Shown piece by piece: positions 60,207 through 64,000 of a stretch of 64,000 nucleotides of DNA (position 1 is the first letter of the stretch; each line of letters opens with the position of its first letter). The notes below the pieces were generated by a model. The model was not told where the DNA came from. It saw only the letters and a list, made by a program, of their open reading frames with translations, and made no database searches. The DNA is from Magallana gigas (lineage: Eukaryota): positions 1,240,001 through 1,304,000 of the forward strand of contig NC_088857.1 of the NCBI RefSeq assembly GCF_963853765.1. Reading direction: 5' to 3'. Made by a program: the position numbers and the translations under genes.

Positions 60207-62230
60207 TCTTTTTCTCTGTAATATATAATTAACATTAAAATTCGCACTGTTGTAACTATCTTTGCATTGTAGTTGTAGAAATAAATGTATTCAAGGCAAA
60301 GTAAACATCAAATAAATTTTGTGTTAAGGTAACCAGATTTTCTACAAACCTTCTTCCTAATAAATACTTACGAGAGAATGAAATTATGCTTAATGATTAT
60401 TCATGTTGATGACTGAATGCGAGATTGTCTGTGTACCACCTGACTTGGGATATTTAACCCCGCTTAATTTCGTTGTATTCCATCGTATTTTCTTTTTTAA
60501 TTTTGTTATGTTTTTTAATATATGCAAGGTTCGTTTGAATGGAGTGTTGTTGGCTTATTTCTTCATTTTTTGGGATCATATATCTCTTATTTTCTTTCAG
60601 CTAAATAACTCGCAAAATAAGCAAGCGCAACGTTTTTTGATGATCTTATTGTAAACCATTGTAATAAAAAGAACGTCCAAAAACGATATATCACATAGCG
60701 CCTTTTACCGATACTTCGCATACGCTCGTGTACAAAAAAATAGATTTGGGTTATTTATTCATTCAGAAATTGTATCATAATTTCAGGGAACCTACATAGA
60801 GAAATGAATGGAGAGAAGTCTATATAAAGTTAGTTGATATTCTGAACCGCGATTACTTCTAGCAAAATGCAATGAATTTAAGTGAAGACAGAATGTAGTG
60901 TTATTGGAGAGATGTTTTTGTATTTATGCGATCATACTCAGAATTATACAATAGGATTTGATATTTTAAAAAACATCAAAGCAGCAGATAAGATAAAATT
61001 ATCATGAACTTTCTATTCTTATAATGTTCTGAGTGAAAAGAAAAAATATATTAACTACTTGGGAAAATCGATCCAGCTATCGGAAAATCAAAATACCTAG
61101 GCGTTACCACTAGGCCACGCATGCATCACATTATTAGGATTAACTTTCAATAAATGTGGCTATATACGTGAATGTTTTAGAAAAGTCATTAATTGGAAGA
61201 TTTATATTATTACAATGTTACGACCGCCCAAAATTAATTCTAGGTTAACGTCACTTCAAAATACCAAACCTTTGCCGTAGGGAAATAAAACTAAAACAAA
61301 CAAAATTTTCAAACAATTGATTTCTTTTCATTTGCATTTAAACAAATACATTGCGTATTCAAGCTACATACAGACTACCTCAGTCTTTAATAGTTAACTT
61401 TCTTATTTAATCCTATTGAGTATCTGAGTTATAGTCCATAATGTGCTCTAAACATTTGAATTTCTACAGATTACAGTATTTCAGTACAATTAAAGTTGAA
61501 ACGATCAAATTAAAATGGTGGTTTGTTTGAGTTTTTTACACCAAATTTCTCCGCCTGAAGGTTACGTTAAAAACAGAATTAAATTTGGCCTTAACCAAAG
61601 GCAATTCAATGAAAATATGTACTACAATACTCGTAGAACATAATTTTAATTGTATTTCTTTGGCTTAAAGTGGATCCAAATACTCAAATATCTTACTCTT
61701 TTCATTACATACTATTTTCCTATATATATATTTTTTTATCAAAACGAACATTTTATTACTCTTGTGTGAAACAACTATGACTCCTTTAACCTAATAATTG
61801 TGTAATTTTATCTTTCTTTAAATAAATCAAATTAAATATTGTATAAAATTGAAATTGTCTCATGTTTGCAAGAGCGCTATAATGTTGGCGAAATCGTACA
61901 TAAAGTTCGCTATACCTCTCTCTGGATTGATTTAATTTTTATCAAAACAGATTTAAACATAGTTTCTTTTATCCCCACTCCCATATTTTTAAATTCATTT
62001 TATTTTAAAACTACCTATGCATCTAAATAATCACTGAAATAGCTTACCTGTAGTTTATAAATCGGAGAAACAAATGAAAGATACCTTACTGCTTCCACAA
62101 ACCAAACAAATATCAACTACAAAGTTATCTGAATGTGGAATGTCATTTTGGTCACCTGACAATTGCAATTGATCATTGGTCCGAGCACTTAAATTTCGTT
62201 CAAATTTATTACAATTGTGAATGTTTATTA

Positions 62231-62741
62231 AGGGACTTAGACACGATTTTACTTAACATTTTTAAATTTTATTTTTCCATTTCTAATGTTTATAGCGATA
62301 AATACAGATGTTTATAATGCTATGTCAAAATTAGGAAGTTAAAGATCAAGTTAGAAGCAAGATACAGAGTTCATAATGCTTTGATTTATAAACAAAGCTC
62401 GAATATTGTCATTTTTACATATGTGTTGTATTAGTGTAAGTTTGAATGAAATGTAATTTTCTTTTTTAGATAATAGTCTTTATGAAGATATTGAATTAGT
62501 GTAATTTTTTTTATTTGTCATTTTATCTAAGAAATGGCAATTTTCTACATTACATTATCTGTAAACATTTATACGACTCGAGCTTGGTTTACATAACAAC
62601 CAATTTTTACCTCTGTATCTCGTCTGTAACTTGACTTTAACATTCGATATTTTTGTCAATCATCTAAAATGCACCTGTAAACCATTTTATACATGAAAAA
62701 TAAAAATAAAATTTTTGATCGCAAATCGGGTCCAAGTCCCT
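62231..62741. mobile_element. Second Kolobok-type MITE, in the predicted DM9 intron
   Basis: TTA-AGGGACTTAGACACGATTT...AAATCGGGTCCAAGTCCCT-TTAA; internal similarity to 56787-57280. Confidence 0.7.
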
Positions 62742-63075
62742 TTAAAAGGGGGTTGAATTATTGTTTCAATTTTCCCTATTCTTAGTCGACTAAAAAGATA
62801 AACAAATTAACCTTCTGTTTTTCTGTTTTGATAAAAACTAAACGAGATGTGTTATTGCAAGTATATCTAGTTATAACATTAAAAAAAGTTGTACACAAGT
62901 TTAGATTACAAATTTTCTTTTTGCATATGAATTGACACCAACAGAACACACGTACATGATTTTGATAAGTATATTTTTGTAAAGTTATACGATTTTTTAT
63001 CAGAACTCTCAATTGTCTGAATTAATTTCATTTTAAAACTAATTAAGTACCTGAATAATCATTGAGCTAACTTAC

Positions 63076-63186
63076 CTGTAGCTGAAAAATATGCAAAACA
63101 AATGAAAGACTCCTCACTGATTCTACGAACCAAGTACAAACTTCAGACAAAGTTAGCTTAATGCAGAAGGATTTCTTGCTATATAA
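63076..63186 (-). promoter_or_regulatory. Predicted TATA box and untranslated exon 1 of the 59.8-kb DM9 gene
   Basis: Minus-strand TATATA at 63185-63180; donor CAG|GTAAGT with intron starting at 63075; acceptor TTACAG at 60217, 10 nt before the ATG. The donor is conserved in the paralogous unit (56434). Confidence 0.55.
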
Positions 63187-64000
63187 GAAGACTTGCCCAC
63201 CTGACTATACCCCTCACAAACTTTTTAGCACAGGTTCAAATAAATCAACATTCGCATTCATCTTTAGGTTCATTTTAAATAGGGGATATATCGTCTGGAT
63301 TCTCTCTCATTTTAGCCAACTATTACAACTGACAAATTAAACCCCTGTTTGTCCTAATTTAAAGAAACCTGATATTCATCCGCTCATAAATTTGATGAGT
63401 AATCGCAAATGTTCCTAGGGGAAAAAATTAAGAGAAAAAAAATTGCGTTTGTACATTTTGTACATTTACAAAATATTGAAATTGTGTTGTTTTTTTTCAA
63501 TTATGTCGCCGCAACTATATTAATTTTTTGAAACTTTACTGTGAGCGAAAATAGAGCATAAGAATTTTTTGAAAAGAATAAAAATATATAAAATTTTACA
63601 ATATAATAAATCTAGTTTAAAAATTAATGATTACCTTGAATTAAACCGGTGTTTTATCATCATATTAGTTTTACAGTTCTTAACAAAGTTTTATACGTGT
63701 CAACTAAATGTTTTATTCACTGACAACATATTGGGAAAATTTATTATATCAATATTGTAGAATTAGGGAGTACAATGCAAATTGTCCTTAACATTACAAC
63801 GTTTTTTTTTGGCCATGTACAGTGCCTTAAGACAAGGAGAGGCGAAGCTGGTCCTTTATTTTGCTACGTACGGCGCAGATCTAACATTTGACAGGGATAA
63901 CACTTGCTGCTGTACGGGAGGATGGTTTATCTCTCGTCAACATTACGATAGCGAAAAATACCCGATTCCTTTTATTCAGATGGGTTTTTGCTTTGTAGAT

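Overview
AT-rich, transposon-dense animal DNA, very probably an oyster (Crassostrea/Magallana-like). The basis is CGL1/DM9CP-type lectin genes, a Cg170-like satellite monomer and typical oyster non-autonomous elements. The only host genes are a minus-strand cluster of two-DM9-repeat lectins: a 144-aa copy at 17.4-17.8 kb whose ATG falls in an N gap, a degraded pseudogene at 53.6-53.8 kb missed by the ORF track, and an intact 143-aa copy at 59.8-60.2 kb with a predicted untranslated first exon near 63.1 kb. Collinear flanking homology shows these arose by segmental/tandem duplication. Two large young transposons sit between the copies. (1) An 18.7-kb Helentron (20896-39627, minus strand) with both termini intact, encoding a 2462-aa protein (herpes-tegument-like C76/VTD deubiquitinase + OTU + 18-aa repeat helix + Zn/DUF6570-like + HUH Rep + PIF1 helicase) followed by a frameshifted AP endonuclease. 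(2) A 7.3-kb Gypsy LTR retrotransposon (40184-47464) with apparently identical 618-bp LTRs, GATA target-site duplication, a perfect tRNA-Lys(CUU) PBS and an intact 1668-aa Gag-Pol. In the env position it carries an extra 221-aa zinc-finger/NLS/acidic ORF with a strong splice acceptor matching a splice donor inside the LTR. This looks like a retrovirus-style accessory regulator and is the top candidate for an undescribed system. Also present: a decayed CR1/L2-like LINE, Naiad-type Penelope fragments, a mariner fossil, several MITEs/HINEs, microsatellites and three N gaps.
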